A DNA stretch of 64,000 bases, taken from the human T2T-CHM13v2.0 reference genome, Homo sapiens. How positions within the stretch are numbered: position 1 is the stretch's first letter; the number at the start of each line of letters is the position of its first letter. The stretch lies in NCBI RefSeq assembly GCF_009914755.1, contig NC_060927.1. One strand, 5' to 3'. Below are positions 25,721 through 37,109 of this stretch, piece after piece. A program made the position numbers and the translations under genes. The notes under the pieces were generated by a model, which was not told where the DNA came from, made no database searches, and saw nothing but the letters and a program-made list of their open reading frames with translations.

Positions 25721-26693
25721 ATATTAAAATATACCTGGGGTTTTGTCTTTATTCAGGTATGATGAGCCCAACAGATCAGGAGACATTGCCATTAGAAAGT
25801 TTATTATTCAAAGTTCCCAAGAGGAGGGTAGAGTGTCATTCCTCACAGGACCATACTAGAGAACAACAACATCAGTTGCAGGCAAAGAGAGAGCAAGGGA
25901 AACTTCAGGAAAGCTTTTACTATAGTTTTCTTGGAAGAAATGGGTCATTTGCTCTAAAGCAAATGGGCTAAGCAAGTTTAGAACTCTTGGCTAATATGAA
26001 TAATTTCAGTATGCTTCAGGGTGTTGAAGCTGGCTGATGCTTAGTCTTGGGGTGATTAGGGCAGGTGAATAGTGTCTTACAAGAGTAAGAACCCCTGAAA
26101 GAACAGGCAGGTCAGGGGTGTGGATTTTGGATCAGTTTGTTTACATATTGATATGGTTTGGCTTTGTGTTCCCACCCAAATCTCATCTCAAATTGTAATC
26201 CTCACAAGTTGAGGGTGGGTCTGGGTGGGAGGTGATTGGATCATGGGGGTGATTTCTCCCATGCTATTCTTGTGATAGCGAGTGAATTGTCACGAGATCT
26301 GATGGTTTTAAAGTGTGGTACTTGCATTGTTCACTCTCTCTCTCCTTCCACTGTATAAGAAGTGCCTTGCTTCCTTTTCACTTTCCACCATGATTGTAAG
26401 TTTCCTGAGGCCTCCCCAGCCATGCGGAACTGTGAGTCAAACCACTTTCCTTTGTAAATTACCTAGTCTCAGATATTCTTTATAGCAGCGTGAAATGGGC
26501 TGATACAGACAATAGCAGCGTGAAAAGGGACTAACACACATATGAAAGGTACACTCTAATGAGAGTCAAAAAGCCTTCTGCTAACTCTAGGAATTCCAAC
26601 TGCTAAACCTGTGGGAGGGGCAGTCCCTTCCTACTAACAAGGCCTAAGATGTCAAAACATCATATACAGAAACTTGAAAACATGGATAATACA
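25721..26693 (-). mobile_element. MER74-like ERVL LTR, split by THE1D
   Basis: Minus strand begins TGTATTATCCATGTTTTCAAG...TTTGACATCTTAGGCCTTG...GGGACTGCCCCTCCC; continuous across the THE1 insert (TTTACATAT|GAAAGG). Confidence 0.7.
26149..26538 (+). mobile_element. THE1D-like MaLR solo LTR with duplicated 3' end
   Basis: Starts TGATATGGTTTGGC...CCCACCCAAATCTCATCTC; 5-bp TSD CATAT (26144-26148, 26539-26543). Confidence 0.92.
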
Positions 26694-26959
26694 AGTTTTT
26701 TGTGTGAACTTAAGTTTTCAGTTCTCTGGGATAAATGCCCAGGAGTGCAATTTCTGGGTCATATGGTAATTTCATGTTTAGTTTTATAGGAAAATGCCAA
26801 ACAATTTTCCAGAGTGGTTGAACAATTTTCCATTACCACCAGAAATGTCTAGATGATTCTGTTTCTCTAATCCTGTAGATTTATAAAGTGTATGGGAGGG
26901 AATAAAGGGTTTTTTTTTTATTATTAACACTTCAGGCATTTAGGTAAACCATGACAATG

Positions 26960-27740
26960 ATTTTTTATTTAGCAAGTACAATCTGTAGTACACCGAACTG
27001 GGAACTGTGAAAGATCCAAAGGTGAAGAGGTAGATAATTTTGCTCAAGGAGCCTCCAGTCCCTCAGTGGAAGCAGGCCTGTAAATGTTGAACAAAAAATA
27101 ATAAAAATGGGTGGTACATGTACATTCAACCAGTCTGCAGTGTAGGCACAGTGGAAATGCTAAGTATTTGAAATAATGGATATGCTAATTAGCTTGATTC
27201 AATGATGCTGCATTGTATACATATATCACAGTATCACTTTTTACCTCATAAATAGATATAATTTATTAAACTCAATACAATTTAAAAAATAAGTAATGTT
27301 TAAGAATTCTGAGGGTGTGGCTGGTGAGGCCTGATGTAGGTAGTAATCTCTGAGCAGTGTTTGAAGAATAAATATAATTTTAAAAGTAAAGAAAAAAAGT
27401 GCAAAAGGCATTTAACATTCAAAATATTTTGTGTGCTGGGTGCACCAGGGGTATTCTGATGGGATTAGAGCCCTAGTACAGTGGGGAGATGGATGGAGCA
27501 ATGAAAGTGAGAAACAGAATTGAAGAAAGGTCATGAGTAAACTGGAATGACCTGTGAAGAAGCTAGACTTGGTTTGGTAGCTGATGTGAAGTCACTGAAT
27601 TTGGAGAAGATGAATACCAGTTGGCCTGCATTTTAAGATATTGACGAAGTTCACTGAAAACAGTCAAGATCAAAGGTGAAGAGAACTGAGGGGAAGCTAT
27701 TGTGGTAGTTTAGGTGAAAGATGCTGAGAGCATGAGCTCA
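26960..27740 (-). mobile_element. L2 fragments with an inserted sense L1MA 3' end (~27150-27292)
   Basis: Antisense L2 motifs (GCTCAAGGAGCCTCCAGTC, GAAGCTATTGTGGTAGTTTAGG); L1MA tail GGATATGCTAATTAGCTTGATT...TGTATACATATATC. Confidence 0.65.
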
Positions 27741-28444
27741 TTGCAGACCCTTTAAAATGTCATTGTGCTATTTTTTTAATTAAGTCAACTACAAAAAAAT
27801 GCATGTTCCTTGCAAGCACATCAGAAAACAATGCAAAAAAATAAACAGAAATCACCCTTGATCACCACAGCAAACATTTTGAAATATTTTAATAAAAATG
27901 TTTGTAATCTTTTTAGCTATATTGCCATGAGTGCATGTATGTATAATTTTAAGCATATATCAGTGACAGCATATATAATGTTTATGTCATATTTATAACA
28001 TTTTTTCATCAAGTGTATTATAACATCTTTTAGTATATAAATGTATTTATTCACTATCACCTAAATTATTCTCATTGTATGGAAACACTGTAACTAAATC
28101 AACTCCTCCCCACCGCAGGATATTTAAGTGGTTTTGTTTAATTTTGTTTGACTATTTTACTATTTCTAGCTTTTTATTTACATTCAAAACCTCATTTGCA
28201 GACTTGGAATAAGAAAGGAGATTCTCTATCTGTGGTTCTGTCTCTTGCCCATGCTCATGGAAGACGAAGTTGGGGCTCTGCAGACATCCTGAGATGCACA
28301 CATTTTGTGCTGGCATTGCACATTGAGTGGCCTTGCCTCACCCCTCCAGCACTGAAAATAGTATGGCTTACGTTGAATTAGAGACCAATATGCTTATGAT
28401 TCTCTAGCTGCTGCAATTTCTACTCAAGCTCTTTTATCTCATGT

Positions 28445-28625
28445 CGAGTTCCCAAAACTAGACTGTGCATCAAATTATCCACAGATCTTTTTACAAATGA
28501 AATGCTGAGGACCCACCATAAAAGACTGTGATTCAGTTGGTCTGGAGTCAGGTCAGGGAACTGTGTTTTTTACTCTTCCCTAGGGAATTTGACCATTCAG
28601 CCAAGGTGAAAACCATGGTGCTAGA
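28445..28625. mobile_element. MER5B-like hAT MITE
   Basis: GTTCCCAAAACTAGACTGTGCATC...TGATTCAGTTGGTCTGG...GAAAACCATGGTGCTAGA. Confidence 0.7.
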
Positions 28626-28981
28626 CCTTTCTTTCCCCCCTTTTACTGATATAACTGTCTCCACTGACTGTGAGTTTGCCTACGTGGTGACAGAACAATT
28701 TAAGCTAAGATGGGGCTCAGCGATGGCGGCTTGATGTGTTCCTTTCTGGGAAGTTCAATGTTTTCAACCAAAAGGGAGCCAAACTCATGCAAACCAGTGA
28801 CAGATGAGGAGCAGGAATAGTTTTAGAAAGGGAGTTTCTTTAAAAAAAATTTTTAATCTGAGACTGGGCTCCTAGGGGATATCCTACCAAGTGTGGATCT
28901 TTTGCTTTTCCAAAGTATTTCCTGATCTTTCTGATTGGGTGATGAAACCTTTTGACACCCTTACTAAAAAGGAGGAAAATA

Positions 28982-29362
<381 letters not shown>

Positions 29363-30334
29363 TTACATGAAAGACAAATGGAAGCATCTCAGAGTAGGGA
29401 CAGAAGGACACAGTAGAGAGGCTTATGTTGTTGGGGACAAATTTTGTTCATTGGGTTCTTTTCCTTGAGGTGGCCTCTCAAATGCTACCCAAAGAACGTT
29501 GACCTGAGGATGACATGAGGAAGTCTGCAGAAGTACGGCTTTAGGCCATTAACACAGGCTAAGCCATCACTGCACAGTGGACAGAGCCCCTAGGTGGATT
29601 CCCTCCTCTCATGGCTGGCTCCTTCTGTCATCACTGCCAGCTCAAAGTAGAGATGCATCCTCCTCACTCATGCCTGTTGTCCATGTTCCCTGTTAGAACT
29701 AAGATATCCTGCAGATATTTCTGTAATCGATCTTGCTGCATTGCAGTCCTGTGCTGCCCTGACCTCCAGCTCTGCCTTCCTCCTTGGATCTCTGAAAGTG
29801 TAACCTAGGTATCCTCCCTGTTTCTGGTTTCACTTGCCTGAAACACATCCCCTTCTTGGTGGACCAGAATCAGCTCCAATATTTCTTTAATTCCATTACA
29901 GGGGCTGAGGTATCCTCCTGGCTGCAAAGAGGATAACAGAGTTTGCAGCTCCAGTCACACAGTTCTCTATAAACCTCAAGAAATTGCTTGGCACAGGTTA
30001 ATTTTCCCCATCTTTAGAGAAAAATACTACCGTGTTACCAACACTTACTGATACACTGAAAGCATCAGATTAAAATAAAATGGTTAGCTGCACTTTAAAG
30101 AATGGAAAAGATCTGTAGCATCAATATTAATCTTGCAAAATCTGTGTGTCAATAATATGGCATAAAAAACAAAGTTATTGCAAAAAAGGATATTTTTACA
30201 AAAAAGGATCAATATGACCTGCCTGGAAAATCAACACTGTGACTTCTCATCATTTATAATGTATTAGCTAAAAGGTCTAAACCATCTCAATCAGGAGACA
30301 TGCTTTGAATTTTCTACATGAGGATCTGAAATGA

Positions 30335-30600
30335 TGTAATGATAGCAACATTCATTACCTACCATGAGTGAGTATTATGGTTAAATCACTCTCATTCGAT
30401 TCTATGGCATCCCTGGAAGGGAACTGGTATCATTCCTTGTTTTGCAGATGAAGTATCTCAGAGAGAACCTCTACTCAAAATCAACACTAATTAGATGTTT
30501 CTGCAGGGCCTATGGGTTTTCCCAGCACACCACAGGTTCTCTCTGGTTCACTCGTGTACAAAGTCCCAGAATTCTCAAAGCTTGCACCCAGTGTGGCTGC
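30335..30600 (-). mobile_element. MIR
   Basis: TTTTGCAGATGAAGTATCTCAGAGAG antisense MIR core. Confidence 0.55.
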
Positions 30601-31046
30601 AGTGGTATTGCTTTCTTCCAATTCTCCTCTTTTACTTTGTTTTGTGTGAGGGAGACTAGTAGGTAATGTTTGATGCAGGTCAATCAACTCCTGTCGTCCT
30701 GATCATATGGCTGTTGGTGGGGGTTGAAAAGGTGGATTCAGGGTTTAAAATAAGGAAAAAGCAAAGCAGGTAATGAGGGACAAAGGTTTACTTGACAAAC
30801 ATGAGTGTCCAGAAAGAGATTACATTTCTAGAGGAAAATCAAATAAACCTCCATGAAGATGGTTCTATTCTTAGCACTTAACCTGTTGTATTTTAGGAGA
30901 TCAAATACTGTTCAACTAATTCAAATAGAGATCATCTTAGTGGCATTTTAAAGGTGATATGAAAACAAGCTATAAAAAGAAAAAAATTAGATGTATCTTT
31001 ATTCTTTATATCCAGAAAGAACCATCTTAATGTTTTGGCATGTACT

Positions 31047-31051
<5 letters not shown>

Positions 31052-31090
<39 letters not shown>
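31052..31090. repeat. (AG)n microsatellite, ~19 units
   Basis: Read directly from the sequence. Confidence 0.97.
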
Positions 31091-31094
<4 letters not shown>

Positions 31095-31099
31095 CAGAA

Positions 31100-32410
31100 A
31101 GACAGATACAGCTAGAAACATTTTATAAAACAGAGATCATAGATTTTATATATATATAAAATTAATCTTTTTTTCAGTTATGAGAATTTTCCCTTGTCAT
31201 TATCTTTTGAAAAATTTTAAAAATGACTTGATATTTTATTATACGAGCAACAATTTAATGATTGCCCTATTTGGGGTCATTTACATTTTCCAACCTGTTT
31301 TTTTCCTTTGCTATTATAAACACTTCAGTGAATATCTTTGAAAATGTATCCTCATCCACATCTTGAATCATCCACATCTTGAGTCAATAGAATTGTAGAC
31401 ATGTAATTATGGCTTTAAAAATGGCTCTTAATGTATATTATCAAATTGTTTTCCAAGAATTTGGTACTATAAATACGTCTACCAGCAATATTTAAGAATG
31501 ACTGACTTATACATTTTTATTTCAAAAAGTTGACAAGTGTGAAAACTGTTACATAATAGTTTAACATTTTATTTTTTCAATTACTGAGGTTGAATATAGC
31601 CCACATGTTTATTAGCAACGATGCCTTTTTGGTAAATTATCTGTTCATGTCTAGAGTCAGTTTTTTGATAGATTTTCTTCCTATTGACACCTTGTATGTT
31701 AATTTTTTTTTCCAATTTGTAAGTTATCTTTTAATTATATTTAATAAAATTTTCAGGTATTTTAAAGAGCTGGATTTACAATAAATGTAACCAAGAAAAC
31801 TCTACATGAATTTTGACCTGATATTGGATGGTGGAGAATTTTTCTAAGCACAAAATAATAAAATAAATAATGAAGAGAAATATTAAATTGAACTGCAACC
31901 AAATGTAAACCATTTGGTTTGCAAAACAATATCAAAATACAGTATGTGATAAGCAACAATTATAGAACTGAACATAAAGTAAAATTACCATTTTTGAAAA
32001 ACAAACATCTAATGTCAATTTTAAAAAAATTATACTAGTTTATATTCCCACTTCCCAGGAAACAATTGTAATGGTGAATTAATTGCATATTCAAGAGAGT
32101 TCATAGCAACATAATTTGCAGTAGTTAAAAACTAGAAAAAAAAAACTGTTTAAATATCCACCAAATAAGAGAATGGATTCATTGTTCATTTTCATACCTG
32201 GGACGCTTTAGAGAAGTGAAAATAAATGGGTTAGAGCATCACACACCATCACGTATGAATTCCATAAATAGAAGAGAGCAAGATATACAGAATACATGCA
32301 GTGTGATTCCGTTTATATAAGGTTCATGCACAACTAAACAGTAAATTGCTGGGGACACATATATATGTCATAAAACTCTAAAGAAAAGTCAAGGAATGAG
32401 AAACACAAAA
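31100..32410. mobile_element. Old L1ME fragments (antisense ~31100-31780; sense ~31990-32410)
   Basis: CTTTGCTATTATAAACACTTCAGTGAATATC (antisense 3' region); ATTCCCACTTCCCAGG...TGATTCCGTTTATATAAGGTTCA (sense). Confidence 0.6.
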
Positions 32411-32569
32411 CGCTATTGTTTAGATTACTGCTGCTCAGCTCTGGCTGCGCATTAGCAGTAACCAGGGAGCTTTTAAAAAATACTGATGCACAGGACCCAG
32501 CCCAGAAGAATTAAATTAGAATCACCTTACTCAATGGCTTAGTTAAGACTTCCAGTAAACAAATACTTA

Positions 32570-34122
32570 CTGCAGCATTAAGGAAATTAGGGTCATCCTT
32601 TCTCAGTACCTCAAGATCTTTGCTTCGGCAATTATTCCCTCTCTCCTGCAGCATCAATTTCTTCCTCACTATTGGGTTACTCTCTTTTCTGTATGCACAT
32701 GCATGCCTAGTATCGGCCATCCTAAAAGAAACAATAAAACAAAGAAAGAAAAATCAGTCCCTCGACAGTATGTCTTCCACATACCATCTACCAACTTTTC
32801 TTTTTCTCTGCTTTTAAAGTCATACTCCTGGAAACAATTGTCTACACTTCTTCTTTCTTCTTGCTTATGTTTATGTTTATGTCCTTCAGCTCACTTTACT
32901 GAAGCTTGCATCTCCAGCATTGCTACAAAACAGCTTTCATTTAGATCAGCAGCAATGACCTCTGTCCTACCAGACCCTCCAGTCAATTCTTGGACTTCAT
33001 CATGTTTTACGTCTCAGCAGCATTTGACACAGTTGGTCACATCCTTTCTGCTTTTCCTAGCTCACTGTCATTCCTTACGTTGAATTTCTTCTTTTCCTGA
33101 CCTCAAGATATTGGCTTAAGGCCACAGCTTGGCCCTTGGCCCTGTTCTGTAACTGTCTTCTTTCCTCAGATGAGCTCATTCTGTCCCATGCCTTTAAATA
33201 TCATCTACAAGCTATTGGCTACTAATTGTTTTTCTTCAACTCTATTATCTTTCCTGAACTTGGACATAAATATCCAACTATATACCCATATAAACTAGTA
33301 ATTGATTTCAACACCAAACTAATTGATACCTTTTACTCAGTTGCTTCGGACAAACAACAATGACGTCTCATTTGTCAACAATTCTTTTTAGGATGACCTT
33401 CAAATTATAGAATGAATGGATCACTTCCACTGTATCCACTGCTACTACCTTAATGTAAGACATGCCTGAGCTAATGCAACAGCTTCCTATCTGTTCTTTC
33501 TGCGTCCACTCTTTATCCCCCTACAGCTTTCCTAGAGCAGCTTGATCCTCTCAAAATACAAATCAGATTATGTGTCTTTTCTATTAAAAACTCTCCACTA
33601 GTGTCCCATGGCTGAGCTACTCACCATGGCCTAGGAGGTGTACAAGAGGTGGCCATTTTCCAGATTTCTTACCATTCTCATCTTGGTTGTGGGAATTTAG
33701 ACCCACTATTCTTCCACCCTGTGGAAATGCCTGGCCTCTTCAGTCACAATGTCTGGGCACCAGCTCTTCTCTTTGCCAAGAATGCAGAACTGGCCCCTTC
33801 CTGTGAGTAATTCAGGTTCTCAGCTCAGATGTCCCCTTCTCTACAGAGAGCCTTCCCTCATCATTCAGCTCATAAAGTGTTGTCCAAGCACACTCAACTT
33901 CTAGCATATTAACCCATTTTCTATTGCTACTAAAATATCAATCACCATATAAAGTTATTTGTGTATAACTGTAGTCTCTCTCTCTCTCGCTAGCCTCATT
34001 AGAATAGCAGCTCCAAAAAAGCAGGGGGTTTGTCTTCATTACAGCTGAATGCTTAGTATTTAGAGCAATGCCTAACAATCTGTCAGGTCATGATAAATGT
34101 TTGAAATGAATAAATAAATAAT
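32570..34122 (+). mobile_element. L2a, ~1.5 kb 3' portion
   Basis: CAGCAGCATTTGACACAGTTGGTCAC, CCCATGCCTTTAAATATCATCTAC, AAATCAGATTATG, and tail AAATGTTTGAAATGAATAAATAAAT. Confidence 0.85.
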
Positions 34123-35589
34123 AACTCAACCTAAACTTTCCACTACTTAATGTACTATTTGGGTGTCTGTGTCTTATGCTTACGTTGGCTGTGTTTTTTT
34201 TTTCTCAATTTTCTTTGCAAACCTTCTTGATGATTACTTAAAATGAGAAAGTCACAGTTCATTTCCTGAATATTAAACACTTTATTTGCTTCAATATTAT
34301 TCTTTTATAGAAAAAGCATAACTGAGAAAACATTCATGAAACAGCTTCTCCCATCTATGAAACCACACCTCTCAACTTGAAGTACACCTGCTTATAGATT
34401 TCCCTGCTTTTGGTTTTTACCACAATCCCCCAGCTGGGTATTTCTTGGCCTGCTGTGATTCCCAGATGTTTACCATTCACTTGTCACCTTTACCATCCTC
34501 ACACTTTCTTACTTTTGCAGGCCTTCTTTTTCTCTTCAGCATCCTTTGTGACTTTTGTATGCTTTGTATGAACATGCATTATTTTAGCATCTCCACAGTC
34601 GGATAATAGGGCACATCATCAGAATTTTTCTTTCTCTCTTATCTGACTTTCTAGCCTTTTGCAGGATGGACTCATCTTTTGAAAGAAAGCTTAGGTGGTT
34701 AACATTGACAATTTGAACCAGATATCTTGGAGACCTAAGATATTTCACTAGATGTAATTCTGGGCTTAGTCAAGATATTAACTAACGGGATTGTTCCTAT
34801 TTATTATGTTATTTATTATCCAATCATCACCGTGTAACATTACGCTGATTATGCATTATACATGTGCAGTACTTTGGGTGAACATTTCACTTGGCTATGA
34901 CTTGAGGAAAACACAGTGTTATTTTAAAGTATAAGTGTTCCTAACTTAAATGTTCCTGAAGTGAATTAAATGGCAATTTTGTGCTATTCTTAAGAGAAAG
35001 GATTTACACCTACATTGTAAATTATAAAGCAAGCTGCAGTGTTCTCAGCACCCACTTCATGCTGTTTCTGTTAAGAATTCCCAGAAGGGCTGCTTAGAAT
35101 ATACTAGCGATTAAGTGAGTTACAGTACATTCTAAAAGATTTTATAATACCACAGAGAAATAAAAATAAATGCAAAAATATATTTAAATTGTAAAAATGC
35201 TTTTTGAAAAATTAAAGTTATGATTTATTTGATAGTTCATTTCTCATATTAACATAGGATTTCTGGCCCCACTCCCTATTAAGAATGTTTCAAGAGGCAA
35301 TATTTAATGGTGCAAACTCTGTTTTTCTGGGCAACCAAATATAAAATATCAAAAGACCGAATGTCACCCTTGACTCAAGTATTTGTGATGTTTACAAAAT
35401 AATTAGACTGTCATTAAGCTGAAATATTGTTGAATTACCATGAAAGTAAAAATATTACTGCAACAAAGTACAAAATACGAAATATATCATCCTTAACTCT
35501 TTTGTTTTTCAAATAGACATGAGAAAGAGTAAAGTCTCTTCTTTATTATAGAAGCACAGAAAAAAGTTGTTTCTTTGAAATCATCCTCC

Positions 35590-35935
35590 ATCTCTCCCAG
35601 ATTGCAGACCTTTGTCCAAATGTTGAAGTACAGCTCATCTTTTAAGGCTATGAGCAATGACATTAAGATGTGTCGCCTACTGCAATTGAGGCTTTCCTAC
35701 ATTTATCCTTTGGAAACTCTTTCCCTGTCCCTCTATCTCTTCCCCACTTGCACCTCTGGTTTTAAACAGCATTTTTATTTCCCTCTTTTTGGTATTCACT
35801 GCAATGTGTCTTTATTCTCTGTTATTTAATAGAATTCAAGGCAGGGAACTTATTTTATTTATCTTGGTATTACATGCGCCACCAGAGTATTTTCTTGAAA
35901 CAGGTGCTTTGTGAAAGTTTGAATTGAATTGCATT
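35590..35935 (+). mobile_element. L2 3' fragment
   Basis: CAAGGCAGGGAAC...TTATCTTGGTATT...GTTTGAATTGAATTG. Confidence 0.55.
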
Positions 35936-36204
35936 GATTTGACCAACATTAACTATCAATAAATATCTCAGAGCACTCAGAGTAGTTCTATAGCTCATGA
36001 CTATAGAGTTTTAGCAACAAATCAAGCATTAATAATTACATAATGTCTTTTATGCTGAAGGTACTAACACCTGTGGAAAAGTAAAGACATCTAATAAATT
36101 ATGAAGTCTGTAGTAACGATGGGGAAAAGTTGAAGGTGTATTTGACTTTATACAAAACAATAAATAGCAAAACACACTTTTCTTTTTCAAAACCACTAGG
36201 GTTT

Positions 36205-36340
36205 GCCTTATGGTGGTATGTGCCTATAGTCCCAGCTACTCGAGATGTTGAAGTGGGAGAATTGTTTGAGCCCAGAAGCTTAAGACCAGTCTAAGAAAGG
36301 TAGTAACAACCCATCTCAAACAAACGACAAAACAAAAAAC
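36205..36340 (+). mobile_element. Alu monomer (FLAM-like)
   Basis: TGGTGGTATGTGCCTATAGTCCCAGCTACTCG...TTGAGCCCAGAAGCTTAAGACCAG...CCCATCTC followed by an A-rich tail. Confidence 0.8.
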
Positions 36341-36511
36341 CACCACAAAACAAAGTCAGTAGGATTTAAGAGGAGGTTATGGGCACTCTCATTCTATCCA
36401 GAATCTTATCTAGATAGGATTATCATCCACTGTTGAAATTTTAAGTAAAAATCCATTTTAAAAATCATACAACTATAATATATGTCTAGAAAATATAAAT
36501 AATTTAGAATA

Positions 36512-37085
36512 CAGTAATTTCTCACTTAACATAGTTGATAGGTTCTTGGTAACTGCAACTTTAAGTAAACCTACACATAATGAAACCAATTTTACCATAG
36601 GCTAATTGATGTAAATAAGAGTTTAGTTTCTATGGTCACAAAAACATTACCAATCTTCTAAAGAATGACCAAAATACTTTTAGTATTAAACTTTGAAATA
36701 AATGTCTACTCTATGTACATTTAAGACAGGTTAAAAAAAAGAAGCAAGATGATTATTTACTCAATTATTCCAGTTCGAGGTCACAGGTGGCTGAAGCCTA
36801 TCCCAGCAGCTCAGCATAAGGTGGAATCAACCTTGGCCAGGATACCATTTTATCACAGAGTGCTCTCACACCTACACCCACACTCACTCAGATTGGGGCA
36901 ATTTAGACATGCCAATTCACCTAACATACCTTTGAGATATGGGAGGAAATGAGTGCCTGGAGAAAACCCACACAAATGTGGGGAGAACGTGCAAATGCCA
37001 CACAGACAGTAGCCCCTGTGGAAATAATTTTTTAAATTTTTTCTCTCAACGTTATAAAGAAAAAACATGATTTGAGATCCTGCTG
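36512..37085 (-). mobile_element. MER6A-like TcMar-Tigger DNA transposon
   Basis: Begins CAG and ends CTG, flanked by TA dinucleotides; contains GGAGAAAACCCACAC...GGGGAGAACGTGCAAA...CACACAGACAGT. Confidence 0.85.
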
Positions 37086-37109
37086 TATATTTTACATAAA
37101 GATAATGAT

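Larger units (their letters stand above)
25207..26872 (-). mobile_element. L1MC1/2-like 3' end, split by MER74 (L1 parts ~25207-25720 and 26694-26872)
   Basis: TTTTATTTTGAAATAATTGCAGATTCACAT...GATACAGTCAAGATACAGAAC; the consensus resumes at TTTTTGTGTGAAC after the insert. Confidence 0.85.

Noticed and set aside
31352-31386. Small tandem duplications (also 4445-4468, ~46085-46113, ~54455-54494, ~60060-60088)
   Set aside because: Common 11-25 bp slippage duplications with no sign of function.
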